This document shows, piece by piece, positions 17,441 to 38,368 of a stretch of DNA of 64,000 nt. The position numbers and the translations under genes are program-made. The notes beneath the pieces are model-generated. The model ran no database searches, was not told the DNA's origin, and was given only the letters and a program-made list of their open reading frames with translations. This DNA is from the human T2T-CHM13v2.0 reference genome, Homo sapiens: the NCBI RefSeq assembly GCF_009914755.1, contig NC_060947.1; one strand, 5' to 3'. Positions within the stretch are counted from its first letter, which is position 1, and each line of letters begins with the position of its first letter.

Positions 17441-18569
17441 TGGTTTAGGATAATACTTGGCAAACAGGTGGTGAAGATCTTGGATGATACAAACACAGCC
17501 AAAATTATATCACAAGAGCCCAGAAGAAAGTCTATGCCCCCAAAACCCATTTCCTTGCCTTCGAGAGGCTGCAGGTAACTGCAGGAAGGATGAAACATTA
17601 CCTATGATTTTTTTAAAGTGGTACCCTTTGAGAAATTACCTCTGGGTATGAGCAGAAAATTAAAACATTAAGCTAAATAAAATACATCAGAGGTGTAATT
17701 AGGATAACAGTAAACAAAATCCCATATTTAAAGACACCATAAATTACAAAACTTAAGAACATCTCCCTGTCAGAAAAATACCACCCTCCAGCTGTGTGCT
17801 GTGCCAAAAGGCCAGCCTCCACAAGTTTGCTACATCTACAGTCACTGCAAAAACCAATGCTACAGTTAACCCCATGTTACAAAAAGATAGAGCCAGGGGA
17901 GATAAGAGATCTGCTTAGAAATGCAAAACACTTCACCCTCCCCTATCTCTACCTTCAAACTTGCTGGAATGTCTCCTCCCCCAAAGACGAAATGGGTGGT
18001 TTTTAACTGTGGGTTGGCTAAGCCAGCTGCCTAGCAGCTTCTCAGGGCCAGCTTCTCACTATGGCGGTGGTGGTGGCGGTGGTATATCCGTGGCCCTGCT
18101 CTGTGACCCAGTCCTTCCCTACCTCCCTCTGCTCACTGTCCTTCCTGTCTCCTAGGACCAGTTCACCTCACTATAATTTCACACTGACTTACCCCAACTA
18201 GACTGCAACCTTCATCTGGGAAAAGCCCTTATCTTTGCCAGGATTCTAAATCCTTCACCTAGCATCCTGTCTGCTTCAATAAATATTTGAATAAACCAGA
18301 AAGCATGAAGGAGAATGAAAGTTTCCAATTAATTTCCTCCGCTGTATACACATATACACAATGTCACAGAGGTCTCAGTGCAGTAAGCTTTAATCATTTC
18401 AGAAGTAGAAATGTTACACACTTACTGCTTTTGCACTTATTGTGTTCTGTGAATTCTAAAGAATAAATTTTTAATTTTAGTGTTTTGTTTCAGTCCTCTG
18501 AAGGGCATAGAAAATCAAGAAGTAATTTTTTGCCAAAACAGACTTCACCAAAAAAGATCATGAGTACTG

Positions 18570-18745
18570 ATCATTAGAGATGGAAAGAACATCAGATATC
18601 ATCTAGTCTATTTTTTTTTCCTGAATTTTACAAATGAGGAACTGAGGCCTAGAAGGTTCCATGACTTAGGCTTAGAGACATTGAGAGGTAAATAATGGCA
18701 GCATCAAGCCCAGGGCTACGTTCTCCTAAATTATGGTCCACTGGA
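18570..18745. mobile_element. MIR fragment
   Basis: ATCATCTAGTC..TTTTACAAATGAGGAACTGAGGCCTAGAAGG..TGACTT core. Confidence 0.65.
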
Positions 18746-18929
18746 GAGAAGGAAGGATTTAAAAGAGAAAGCAGAGAAACCTGAGACCAGCGAGATACAG
18801 ACTTTCACACCATTGATGCGGGCGGGGGGGTGGGGGGGGGCTCTTTTTTTCTTTCATGTATAACATAGTTTCCAGAATACCCAGAAAAAGTTACACCAGT
18901 CAGGAACATATTTAAAAAAAAACTATGTT

Positions 18930-19452
<523 letters not shown>

Positions 19453-19511
19453 TTAAAATTAAAAGTCTAAACAATATATATTTAAGAATTTATTATTGTA
19501 GATTGTCGGTC

Positions 19512-20343
<832 letters not shown>

Positions 20344-21709
20344 TGAATTTCCCAGGTCAAGGCCACAGATACTGTGGGGATCTCCGCGTACAATAAAGCT
20401 GACCTACATACCAGCCACGTTTTCCTTTTGGTGTCTTCACAAACACACCACTAAGGGACATCAACCCAACAAGCAGGTAATTCCCAAGACCTGCATCTTA
20501 AAAACTGAACATCAGCTTCCCCAACAAAGACAGGCTCAGAACACGGACCCCAGTGACAGACAGTCCCTGGGCCTGAACTCTCTCCCTGGGCAGGAGGCAG
20601 CACACCTGTGGCTGGATGGCCTCTGGCAGGATTCAACAATGTCTGTAGCAGGCCCAGTAGCAGCTCAAAGAATTGGGGAGCAGCAGGGAAAGCAGAAAAG
20701 AGATGAATCAAGAAAGAAGAGAAAAAACAAACCCGGCTGTGTGAGAGGAAAGAAAGGCCCACCATTGCCTGCCTCAGACACCATTAAGGATACTCTTGTC
20801 ACTTGCTGCTTTCCACGAAGGCCCAAGGAACCTGAGCCTCCCAGCCCATCTCTCCTCTCTTGTCACCTCTAAGCATGAGGTGTAGGAGAAAGCCCAGCAG
20901 GCCTGGGAGCAAATTCCAGCTTAGACATTCACTGGCTGTGTGACATGGGGTGAGATTCCTAGCTCGAGCCCACTTTCTTTGTGTTTAAAATCAGAAGGTG
21001 ATCTGTGGCAAGGGTGAGACGTGATATCTGTAAACTGTATACAGAAGCTGCTCCATTAATGCCAGATGCTAGTCTTGCAGGTCATTATCATGCTATGCTG
21101 TGAGGGCTTCCCCGACATGCCCTCCCTACACACACCCTGGAATGGGAGCTCTTAAAGGGCAGATCTGAGCACCCTCTCCTCCTCGTCTGGTGTCTGGCAC
21201 AAAGTAGGTGCTCAATAAATGTTGGTGACTGAGTGCACCATACGACACCAGGAGTGTCCTTACAAAGTACTGACCTCGAACTATACCTTACCATTCAACT
21301 CAAAGAAATGCAGTTACAAATGTGAGCCTTGTTATTTAACTTGAAGGCTAGAGAAAGCTGATGATCAACATGACCAGTTGGCCACAAAACAAGTATACGC
21401 CACTAGTCCAGGCCTCTCAAGTTACTGTGATCAGTCTTGATTTCACTCTTACCTTCACCACAACCAATGCCTATATAGCAGAGGGGCATTCAATCAAAGA
21501 TCAGAATGAAATGCAGGGCCTGGATGGGAAAGCATTCACAAGACCTGTGGGCCTTGAGTCCCCTACCACTTGCCTTCTGAAGCCTCTGCCTCACCAGGGG
21601 CTGTCCCTGGAACAAAACCTCAAGGAGCAAAAACAAAGGGTTATCAAACGCTTCCTGAAATTAACCCCTGCAAACCTAACACACAGCTCTTTTAAGAATA
21701 TGCATTAGA

Positions 21710-23289
<1,580 letters not shown>

Positions 23290-25109
23290 TAGTCAAAAAA
23301 GTTTAGCCACTTAAAGACATAACCTTTTTTTGTGCATGGAGAAGAAAGTATGCTGCTTTATATAAATATTTGACAGTGTTACATAATAAAATGGCTTGAG
23401 GATGAGTAGAGATTTTCCTGACTTTATAATGATAGCCTAGTTCTCAGATTCAAAAAAGACCCAAAGACAAGTGCCTGATTAGAAAGAGATCCCCTGTTTT
23501 TCTCAGTGAGAAGATCCAAAAGGTTGTGGGCTAACCTGAATATGTAAACCTCAAAACAGAAGAAGAAACAGTCAAGTGTCTGCTTATACTATGTATTAAT
23601 GTAATTACAGATTATGTGAAATAAAATAATTAGAAAACATCGCTCCCCACCCCCCAACACCCTCTCATTTCATGAAACAATTTTATTATGGATAAGGTAT
23701 CTGAAGGATTTGCTCCAACTATTTTATTCAAAATAAATTCATAGAGCCTTTATGGTACAGGATACTTTGTAAGGACTATCATGGAAAGCAACTCTTGCTT
23801 GTCTTGAGGATAGGATAGTAAGGGGGCAGGTTGGCTTTATATTTGGACATGTTGTATGAAAGAAGAAAAGCAAAAGCCTTCCTGTTGATTTCAGTGTGGC
23901 TAAGCTGAATCAGCTGTAAGAGGCAGGGACCAAGTCAAAAGGAGGGAAGAACGATTCCACAGAAAAATGTGGTTGGTCAGCATGGTTGGGGGTGGGCAAG
24001 GGCTGAGTCACTCACTGCATGGCCTTCTGTTAAGAAACATACTTTCTCATAAGAGAGATAGCAGACAGTGAGGTAACGTGAGAGGAAACCACAGTGAATC
24101 CTCACTGCTTTCTCCCCGGCAGATTTAATGTCCCATCTCAGGCTTCATTTATACTCCCAGGTGTAGTAATCCTGCTACCGCGAGCCCCTAGAAGGCAAAA
24201 GGGACATGTAAAACAGAAGCTGATGGGCCTCCTGAAAGAAAAGTCATATTGCCCAATGCATCTTCCTCCCTCAAGTGCTTGGCTGAGTGCTTGGCCCCGT
24301 CAGGCACTCAAGAAATGCTTGTTGTCGAGGGGCAAGAAACTTGCAAGGATGATTTTGACAAGAAGCTGAGAATCTGAGATGAGATCTGAGACAAATGTAC
24401 AGGGATAAAAGCAGAAGATAACAGCAAAATAACAGCTCTTCAAAGCAGTCTAGAATTTCAAACTGTCATAAGTATAACTACTTTAGGCTCCCAGACATCT
24501 AATCTGGAGATACCATCTAGCATATCTGCAACACCATAATGTGCAGGTTATTAGGGAGGGTGCATTTCACGGTTTCATCCTAAGTTTCACCAATGATGTC
24601 ACATAGTAATTGGGAGTCTATCAAGACAGTAACTACCAACGTTTGTAAGTCATTTGAGTTGGTACTTTTTAATATTGAACAATAATTTGAACTAAAAAGT
24701 TGCTAGTCAAGTATCTACTTCACAAATGTTTTCTTAATCAACTACATTGTAAATACTTTATTGCAGCATCAGGAAGCCACTGAGTAAGTATGTGTCTATA
24801 TAGAGTAACACAAAAAAGAAGTGAAGTTAAAACCCAACATTTGCTTTCCTTTGAAGGTTATAGCTTAAAGTTCGAAAAAGAGAATAAAACCTAAATAAAC
24901 TGGATTGGGTTTAAAATTTTTGAAACCTTTCCCAAAATTGAAATATGAGTTAGTGAAAATAAGTAAATAAAATTAAAAAGATCAACAGCCTCACACCAAA
25001 AGACTCCTAAGAATAATGATCTATGAAGAGCAATGTATACATTTTTTTCTGAAATAATCACATTCAGTCTCCAAATACCGTTTTTCACAAAAAGAAAGCC
25101 AGCTACCCT

Positions 25110-26870
25110 TAGATAAATGGCTGATTTCATTTCTGGGGCAGGAAAGGTGATAAGCCTGGGCCATCTTGTCACACCAAGAAAGCAAGGAGGCCAGCAAACA
25201 CTACTAGGGTCATGTCAAAACAACTCAGAAGTGAACCTGAAGAGGCTCCCACTGGCCACAAATGGGGCAACATGAGCATGATTAACAATAACTGCCTTGA
25301 AACAGCATTGAAAGTGCACTGAAATAATAACTGCATTAGTAACAATAACTGGATTGAAAGACATCAAATTAATTTGATGTCTCATATGTTATGTGATATA
25401 TCTTTCACAGTGATACTTTTAAAACATCATTGGCCACCTTTGGAAGATGCTAGGGAGCCAACTCATTGTTTTGAAACTGGTAAATTTAAAAAAAGAATCA
25501 AACATTTGTCCTGCCTTTCCTATATGAATTCAAGATAACCAAATGGTTGATGAGAAATTTCTCTGTATAGGAATATTCTGGCTAATAAAATGAAGAAGGA
25601 ATGAGAGAATTGGACAATCAACGTTTTGCAACCTCTAATGCAATCAAGAACCTGAGCAATGGTCACTAGCAGCTGTGGATATTGATTGATTGATTGATTG
25701 ATTGAGACAGGGTCTCACTCTGTCACCTGGGCTGGAGTGCAGTGCCATTGTCATGGCTCACTAGAGCCTGGAACTCCTGGGCTCAAATGATCCTCCTGCC
25801 TCATCCTCTCAAATAGATGGGATTACAGGTGCGAGCCACTGTATCCAGCTTTTTTTTTTAATTTCTTTTAAATTTCATGGCTTATTTTTTAAAGTTTTTG
25901 TTCAGAGATGAGAGTCTCACTATGTTGCTCAGGCTGGTCTCGAACTCTTGGGCTCAAATGATCCTCTGGCATCAGTGTCCCAAACTGGTGGGATTACAGG
26001 CATGAGCCACCGTGCCTGGCCAGCTGTGGACATTACAAAAAGAGAGACAACCAGGCATCTGGAGCCTCATGATGGAAGTGTGTGTCACCGCTGGCAAAAT
26101 ATTCTTGCCAACAAACGGAACCTGAATCAGATCAAGCCTCTGGATTTACCACCAGTTTACAGGGGATACAGAACGTCCGAAAATATGTTAAATGGCACTC
26201 TAAGGAGGCAATCTGCAAAATCCAGGCTGTAGGACTGTAGGCAAATGACTTAGTTTCTTCAACAACAACAAAAGCAAGGAAAAAGAGATGGCAGAACCTA
26301 GATTACAACAGACTCAGAGGCCAGGTGCGGTAGCTCACACCTGTAATCCCAGCACTTCGGGAGGCTGAGGTGGACGGATCACTTGAGGTCAGGAGTTCAA
26401 GACCAGCCTGGCCAACATGGTAAAACCCCGTCTCCGCAAAAAATACAAAAATTAGCTAGGCGTGGTGGCACGTGCCTGTAATCCCAGCTACTTAGGCGGC
26501 TGAGGCAGGAGAGTCACTTGAACCCAGAAAGTGGAAGTTGCAGCAGTTGCAGTGAGCTGAGACTGCCACTGCACTCCAGCCTGGGTAGCAGAGTGAAAAA
26601 AAAAAAAAAAAAAACAGACTCAGAGACAACCAACCAGTTAGAAAGTACAGACCTTCCAAATCGTGATTCAAACAAACACCTTTTAAAATATTTAAACTAC
26701 ATGTAAAAATTGGATATTTGAACTTAAATGTCTGATGATAAGGAAACACTGTTAGTTGCTGTATGTGTAAAAATGATTGTGATTATGGTTTTGAAAAGAG
26801 TCCTTATCTTTACAAAATATATGCTGAAACACTTCCGGATTGTTAAAATGCTCTACATGTGCAAGTAGAA
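25110..26870 (+). mobile_element. L1MC-like 3' region split by two Alus (- 25684-26021 with (GATT)n tail; + 26319-26613)
   Basis: AACCTGAATCAGATCAAGCCTCTGGAT and GGCAATCTGCAAAATCCAG L1MC motifs; Alu TSDs AGCTGTGGA[T/C]ATT and ACAGACTCAGAG. Confidence 0.7.
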
Positions 26871-27099
26871 GAATAATGTCCTACACTGAACTGAAAACAT
26901 GCAAATCTTTATGCTGGCGTAACTCTAGCTGGTGTAATCACTATTTCACAAATGATTCAGCTGACCATGCTGGGCATAGCAATGCACCTGGAAAGGAAGA
27001 TGGGGGTTTTAAAGGCAACAAAATATTAAATGTGTGTATTGTATACATATGTATGTTTCAATATTTGAATTTGTTATAAAGGGTACTGGGCATCTATAA

Positions 27100-27368
27100 T
27101 TTTTTTTTCTTTTAGAGACAGAGTCTTGCTCTGTCTCCCAGGCTGGAGTGCAGAGGTGCGATCTCAGCTCACTGCAACCTCTGCCCCTGGGTTCAAGTGA
27201 TTCTCATGTCTCAGCCTACTGCATAGCTAGGATTACAGGCACGCGCCACCATGCCTGGCTAATTTTTGTATTTTTAGTAGAGACGGGGTTTTACCATGTT
27301 GGCCAGGCTGGTCCCGAACTCCTGAACTCAAGTGATCTGCCCGCCTCGACCTCCCAAAGTGCTGGGAT
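27100..27368 (-). mobile_element. 5'-truncated AluS
   Basis: Reverse Alu ending at GCTGGGAT, followed by duplicated ATATAAGCTACTTAAAAA. Confidence 0.9.
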
Positions 27369-28352
27369 ATATAAGCTACTTAAAAAATACATATAAGCTA
27401 CTTAAAAATGAGTAAGTAGCACAATCAAAAGTGTGTTCTACACCAGATCTATGAGTGTGGACAAGGCCACCTCTGCCAACATTCTGAATTTGAGTTTCTT
27501 GAGATGTGTTTTACATAAGGAAGGCTGTTGTTTGCGTTGTTTAGGTGTAAAAGTGATATTGTGATTATGGTTTTTAGCAGAGTAATTATCTGTAAGAATT
27601 GCGTGCTGAAACATGACAGAAATCTGGTAGCTCACCTGGCTAGCCCTCAGCACCCTAACTCTCTGAGAACTGGCCCTTTCGTCAGGGTGCAGCAAACTTC
27701 CACAGGCATCTCTATCTGTACCCGCCTGGTACTCCACATACCCTCACTACTCAGAGGCATCCCCCAGCCTCCCCGAGACCTACTGAATCTGAGGCTGCAT
27801 CATAAGATCCCCAGGACACTCACATGCATGGGATGGTTTGGGAAGCGCTGGCCCATCTCACACTGGGTTCCTCACCCAGAGATGTTAGAATCCCCTGTGA
27901 AACTTTCTCATGCCTGTCTCCTCCACACCCTGGTTCCCATCAGAATGGGGCGGGGGGCAGGGTGGGTCATGTCTAGGCTGAAGATGATCTCCCAGGTGAC
28001 TCTATGTACCCCTACTACTCTCCTAAATCCCTTTTGCAGAAAGAGAAACATAAGTCTGAAGCTGAACAAAAGGGTCAGGGGGTGCTTGCAGACCTCAAGC
28101 CTGACAAGGCACCTTTCAGTGCTATGAGCCTCCAGATCTGTAGAAGTATCAAAACAAAACAAACAGCAGCAAGAGGTTCCACATTAACAATGGGCAGATC
28201 CCCTTCCTCATCATTCACTGGGGAAAAAAAAGAAAAACACTTAAAATGCAACACACGAATCCAGATGTTTCACCAGCCCCTGTCCAGAAAAGGAGGAGGA
28301 ATTTCCAGATCTAATTACATGTGATTACTGCCTGTGTCCGCCACTAGACTGA

Positions 28353-28748
<396 letters not shown>

Positions 28749-28822
28749 GAAAATATACTCTTAAAATCTTGTGTCAGGTGCCTTTATCCTCCTCACTGTA
28801 TCATTTAACTGTAACGATCACT

Positions 28823-29360
28823 CTGTGGCCAATTGTGTTTTCCAAGATGGCTACAGCAACATCTCCTGTCCCTTGAGCTCTTCTAGAATGTGATCCAGCT
28901 GTCAACAGGAGAAATCTAATCTTCCTCCCCGGGCTTTGGAACCTGGGCAGGCTGGTGACCACTTTGACCAACAGAGTGGAGGAAAGTGATGCTGTGTGAC
29001 TTCTAGGCCATATTATGCAGTTTCCAACTCACTTGCTGGAATACCCCAAGACAGCCATGCTGTAAGGAAGCCAATTTGCACTGAGACACACCAGCTGGCA
29101 TGCCTAGTTACTGAGTCATCCCAGCCTGGCCCAACATGTGAGGGACCCAGCCTTCAGATCGTTCCAGCCCCCAGCTGTCATGTCCACTCCAAACCTCAGG
29201 CCTTTCCAGCCGAGGCCCCAGACACTGTAGAGCTGAAACAAGCCCTCCCTACCACGCCCTGTACAAATGCTTGACCCACAAAACTGGTAAGCATAAAATG
29301 GCTTTTTGAAGGTGCTAAATTTTGGAGTAATTTGTCACACAGCAACAGGAACTGGAATAC
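28823..29360 (+). mobile_element. MLT1 (G/H-like) LTR
   Basis: TGTGG..TTTCCAAGATGGCTACA start; GCTAAATTTTGGAGTAATTTGTCACACAGCAACAGGAACTGGAATAC end. Confidence 0.7.
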
Positions 29361-30579
29361 GCTCTACAAGGTGCCTATTATTGTTCCTGGTTTAGGAAAG
29401 AATCCAACTCCCAGAGAGATCAGATAATATTCCAGCCGCCAGCCAGTCTGGACTCAAAGTCCGTCTTCTTGCCCCTGTTCCTGCTCATATTTTTTTCAAT
29501 CAATAAAGATTTTCTGAGACATATGTTCCAGATACTGTAGCTGCACAGAAAAAAAAAAAAAAAAAAAAATCCACGAACATACCCAATTGCACACATGAAT
29601 ATAGGCAGTAGGTTCAAATATGAAACCAGGCCAAATTAGGCCTGCTGCCCTTCTACATTCTTAGCTGACATTTTCTCAGACAGAATGGCTCTTTGATCCA
29701 GTAAGTACTTACTGACGGTCTGCGGGGACAGGGTCACCATGCTGGACAACAGGCAGATGAGTCAGGAATGCATGATCGGAGAGAAGTCAGAGAACAATAA
29801 AAAAAAGAAGGAAGGGTATCTTTCTCTGGCATTGGATAAAAGTGGATCAACATTACAACAGTGATATAAAGCCATGAAGATGAGAGTACACAAGCGAGTT
29901 GACGCCTTCTCTTAAACAGGAATCAAGGTCATCTCTTGGTTAGGGTCAGGTGAGAAGAGAATTTGAGGAGCTTGAGGAGAGAAAGTCTGGAATAAACTCA
30001 CTGCAAAATGCACTACAGAATTTTCTTTTATCTCTGTCTCTGTGTATGTGTGTGTATGTGCGTGTGCACGTGTGTGTGTGTGTTTTAATTTACAAAAGAA
30101 AAAAGAGTGAGAGAGAAGTAAATGGAAGCATTAATGGGTGACAATGAGGACCACTGCAGGGCCAGAGACAAGCAGGGCCCAGGTGCCCCAGGGCTGTGTC
30201 CAGGTAGGAGAGAAAGGATTTTGAGGTGAGCTCAGTGGCCTGTGGCAGGACTGATCTAGGGAAAGTGGGGAAGCTCAGTGCCTAACAGATGCCAAGACAG
30301 CAGGATACAGGCTTGGAGGGGGTGGTCAGGGAGTAGGGGAGATGGTGGCATGTGGAAACATTATGATGTCTCACCAACTGCATAGGGCTGGGTACCTAAA
30401 GGGTGGAAGCACACCCTGCGAGGATATGTGCAGGGAGCTTTGCAGACCCAGAAAAAAAATGGTAGACAGCACAGAAGCCCTAAAAGGAAGGAAGGACAAT
30501 ACAGTGTCTAAGGATGGGTGGGGGTTCTCCTCCTCCCTTCCCCCTGGCACATCTCTCACCTACACAACATTCCTTTTCA

Positions 30580-31328
<749 letters not shown>

Positions 31329-31871
31329 GCAGCTATTTCTTTAAACATACCTAGAACTAGCACTGAGTCAAACAAGCTGGACTCACCAGTCTACGAGAGC
31401 GATGTGCCTACATGTATGTTAACATCCCCTTGGAGTCAACCACATAATAGGTCTGGAATGAATATTGATTGTGTAAATGAGTGTTGCCTTTGAAAGATAT
31501 TATGGGTTTGAGGAAGTTCCCAGTCTTGATCCTGGAACTCAAAGGCCGCTTCAATATGGTACAGGTTTGACATTAACAACGTCACCTGCATTTATACCTG
31601 GCTCTAAGTCCAGCTGGATAGTCCTGGTCCCCATCTCCCCACACGATCTTCCCCCAAGAGCCCCATGGATGCTCCCATCCATGAAATCTCCTTCCCAACT
31701 CTTTACATCACAAAGTGCCCTCCAATCTCTTGGTCTGAGGTCACCTTCAAAACCCTTTTTCAAGCCACCTGTCATTCCATCATTCTCAGACTTACTAACT
31801 ATAGCGTTCACTAAATCACTTTTACTCCTCATACACTGCTTTGTAACATCTTTTGAATTATTATCCCAGAC

Positions 31872-32405
<534 letters not shown>

Positions 32406-32522
32406 TCTCAGACTGTTATTTTAACCCTTTCATTATCTTTTACATTCTATGTCTTGCTACCTCCAAACAGATTTAAGCTCCTTAAGAGAAAGGACCAGGT
32501 ATTATATATTTTCATTTACTCT

Positions 32523-32608
32523 TAGCCTCTACCTGGCTCAGTGCTACACATAGCCTCTACCTGGCTCAGTGCTACACATAGCCTCTACCTGGCTCAGTGC
32601 TACACATA
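32523..32608. repeat. Perfect 28-bp tandem repeat x3
   Basis: TAGCCTCTACCTGGCTCAGTGCTACACA at 32523, 32551 and 32579. Confidence 0.97.
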
Positions 32609-33584
32609 CAAGAAATACAGATCTATACTTTTTAAATAAACATCTGAGTATATGTTTAATGATGTGCCACATACTGCAACTGAGTTTCTTTTTTGTCGTT
32701 TAAGTGTGCTCACTGACACCGCAAACATTAATTTCTAACAACTCATACTAATCTAATTGAACTGCGTGCCAGAAAGGATTTTTTTTTTAAACTTTCCTGG
32801 TCTGCTCCTTTGCCAGATTTTTTTCTTCTAATTGTTTCCACAGATGACCTAATACATTCATTCCACTGGCTACTTAACAGACTAACACATTCCACAAGCT
32901 ATTTAACACCAGTAGAAGGAACTTAGGGTTTCTGCAGATAGAAATGCCCATTTGGGTGTTCAGTGTCTCCCCCATCGCATCATGGGAGCATGGGGAGACT
33001 GAGAGGTTTGCACAGGTAAAAGGAAAGCTTTTAAAAAAAAAAAGGAGAGGAAATCTATCACTGCTGTTCCCCACAGAAGTAGACATGAAACTATTACCTG
33101 TAACCAAAACAAAATTAACTTCAGAGTGGGTTACTGACAGTTTCTGTCATATGCTCCTAGCTTGCTTCTAAATCAATAACTGCAACAGAGAGAAGAAAGT
33201 AGATATCTTCTGAAGAATTACAAAAATGCAATAAACTACACTACCCTCCCCCAAAAAGCCCTGCTTTGGAGTATCTTAAAGTAGATCTCATATAAGGAGC
33301 TAAAAAGTAACTATTGGGTTATTTTAGAATGAAATGATAAACGGGCCTCAGAAAGCCCAAGACTTCACTTCTTGTCAGTAGCGACCTTTAAGGCCGATAA
33401 CATCCCCACTTCCTTTTCTCACCTCGAATGAAGGCAAGAGCAGCTCGGTGCAGGCGGCACAGGCTATGCTGACCCAGGTCACCCAAGTCACCCTCACACT
33501 CAGTTAAAGTTTCAAATAGCTGTAAAGGTCTCTTATGGAAAAAAAGCATTCTTCATTCTCCCCAACTTCCCCTCCCCAGAGGCA

Positions 33585-33728
33585 ACTACAGCCTTCGAAA
33601 GGAACCTCATGGCCCTCAAAAGGAACCAACCCCACCAACACCTTGATCACAGACTTCCAGCCTCCCGGACCGTGAGACAACACATTTCTGTTGTTGAAGG
33701 TGCCCAATCCATGGTACTTTGTTCTGGC
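33585..33728 (+). mobile_element. MLT1A/MST-like LTR 3' fragment
   Basis: ACACCTTGATCACAGACTTCCAGCCTCC..GTGAGACAACACATTTCTGTTGTT..GGCAGCCCTACAAAACTAACACA. Confidence 0.75.
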
Positions 33729-33861
33729 AGCCCTACAAAACTAACACAAGTATTTACATCCTTATGACTACACAAACATTACTAAAAGCCTAGCCACATG
33801 GTACACTAAGATTATGTTTCTTTCCTATCACTAGTTTCTTTTCCCCTAGAGCTAATACTAG

Positions 33862-33863
<2 letters not shown>

Positions 33864-33899
<36 letters not shown>
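33864..33899. repeat. Isolated T36 tract
   Basis: 36 consecutive T with no adjacent Alu or L1 body recognised. Confidence 0.95.
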
Positions 33900-33902
<3 letters not shown>

Positions 33903-34353
33903 TAGTGGAGAGTTCACTTAAAAATGGATTCAACTCCAAACTCATCCTCCCTGGTCTAAATCATCTCTCAAGAGGTCCATATGCATCAGATGGTCTGTCC
34001 ATTTCATCCTCTCTCAGAGCTTTCCAACCTAAGGACTGGAGGCGGGGAGGGCAGGGTGAAAGCTGGGGTGCTCTAATCAATTGGCAAGATGGGCTCTGTC
34101 CTTGATACAAGCTCAAAAGACTGCATTATCCGCAAGTCTGGGGAGTAACTGGAGGTTTGGGAGCAGAGAGGAAGTATAACTATAAATATGTGTTCTCTGA
34201 TGACACCTGCGGCAGAAGGACTCATGGGCAGAGGCTGCAGGTGGCAGGAACACACTAGTTAGACAGCAAACATGGTAAATCAAGTAGGGGAATGGGAACT
34301 TGAGATGAGGCAGGGGAATAGAAGCAAGGAGCTTGATTAAGAGACATTCCTGT

Positions 34354-36415
<2,062 letters not shown>

Positions 36416-36884
36416 TAAGATATATTTCTTACTGGAAGATAGTCCCCCAAATTTGAAAAACATCAAGAAGAAATATTAAGTGGACTTAATTTTCAACCCA
36501 ACCCATGCCTATACCATCCTGCCTGGCTCTGGGTGGTGTGGAGCAAACTGTGCTTTCTGCAGCAAATCGTGGTCTTAACCCATTCTCCTACTGGTTCCTA
36601 GGCCTTTGACCCTGTCCAGTGGGCTTGTTTGCACCTTCTGGGCATTCCCCTAGTGGCAGCACCTTTGGACAAGTATAATAGGTTGGGCTCCCTGTCCCCT
36701 CCTGGCCTCTCAACCATCTGGCACCTGTCTCTGAGTCCACTTGCCATCTCCCTGCCCCACTGCATCTCAATCTCCCTTGCTTCTGTGAAAGCCTCAGTCA
36801 GGGATGGGAAACACAAAATAGTGCCTTTTTCTGCCTGCTCCAAACTGTCTCTTCTCCAGTTTCTCCAAGTTCCTTTTAAAATGT

Positions 36885-38000
36885 GAACCAAGTATTCATA
36901 CATCCATTTTCATGGCAGCATAAATGACACTAGCCAAAAGGTAGAAACAACCCAAGTGTCCAAGAGATGAATGGCTAAACAAAATGTACTCTATCCATAC
37001 TATGGAATATTATTCCCAGCCTTAAAAAGGAACAGGCCAGGCACAGTGGCACACACCTGTAGCCCCGGCAACTCGGGAAGCTGGGGCAGGAGGATCACTT
37101 GAGCCCAGGAGTTCAAGACTGTAATGCACTATGATCCCACCTGTGAACAGTGACTGCACTCCAGCCTAGGCAACACAGTGAGATCCCACCTCTAAAAAAA
37201 AAAAAAAAAAAAAAAGAAGTACTGATACATGCTACAACATGGATGAGCCTCAAAAGCTAAGTCAAAGAAGCCAGACACAAAAGGATAAATATTGTATAAT
37301 TCTACTTATATGAGGTACCCATAACAGCAAAATCATAGAGACAGAAAGTACAAGTGTGATTACCAGGGACTGGGGGGAGGGGGAATGAAAAGTAACTGCT
37401 TCATGGGTACAGAGTTTCTGTTTAAGATGATGAAAAAGTTCTGGAAACAGATAATGGTTACACAACCTTGAGAATGTACGTGATGCCACTGAATTGTACA
37501 CTTAAAACGGTTAAAATCGTACATTTTATGTTATGTATATTTTACCATGATTTTTAAAAGGCATAACCCCAGTCCAATCCAATTTGAGGGATACTCAACA
37601 AAATAACTCTTCAAAAGCATCAAGGTCATGAAAATCAAGAAAGACTGGGGAACTGTTACAGACTGCAGGAGACTAGGAGAAATAACTAAATGCAACACGG
37701 ATTCTGAAGAGGAACCTAGAACAACCACAAAAAAAGGACCTTAGTGGAAACCCTGATGAAATTAAGCAAGATCTATAGTACAGTATTAGATATAGTATAG
37801 CATAGTATAGTATTTAGCATATAGCATTTAGATATATAGTATGATAGCAATGTTGATTTCCTGATTCTAATAATAGTACTATGATTATATAATATGTTAA
37901 CATTATGGGACGCTGGGAAAGGGATATATGGAAACTATACCATTTTTGCATCTTTTCCATAAGTCTAAAGTTTGTTCAAAATAAAAAGTTAAAAATAAAA
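36885..38000 (+). mobile_element. L1MB/L1MC 3' fragments with nested Alu monomer (37035-37215)
   Basis: AGAAACAACCCAAGTGTCC..GATGAATGG; AAAGAAGCCAGACACAAAAGG; GCCACTGAATTGTACACTTAAAA. Confidence 0.85.
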
Positions 38001-38025
38001 ACAGCAGGCCAGGCGCGGTGGCTCA

Positions 38026-38363
<338 letters not shown>

Positions 38364-38368
38364 CTATA

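Noticed and set aside
27528-28127. 199-aa + strand ORF
   Set aside because: Non-ATG start, overlaps L1/MER5-like remnants, no domain or splice support, and antisense to the host gene.
32523-32608. 28-bp direct repeats resembling a CRISPR array
   Set aside because: No spacers, no cas genes and primate context; it is a simple tandem repeat.
32964-32999. Imperfect hairpin GTCTCCCCCAT..ATGGGGAGAC
   Set aside because: A ~10-bp stem with a bulge; too weak to distinguish from chance.
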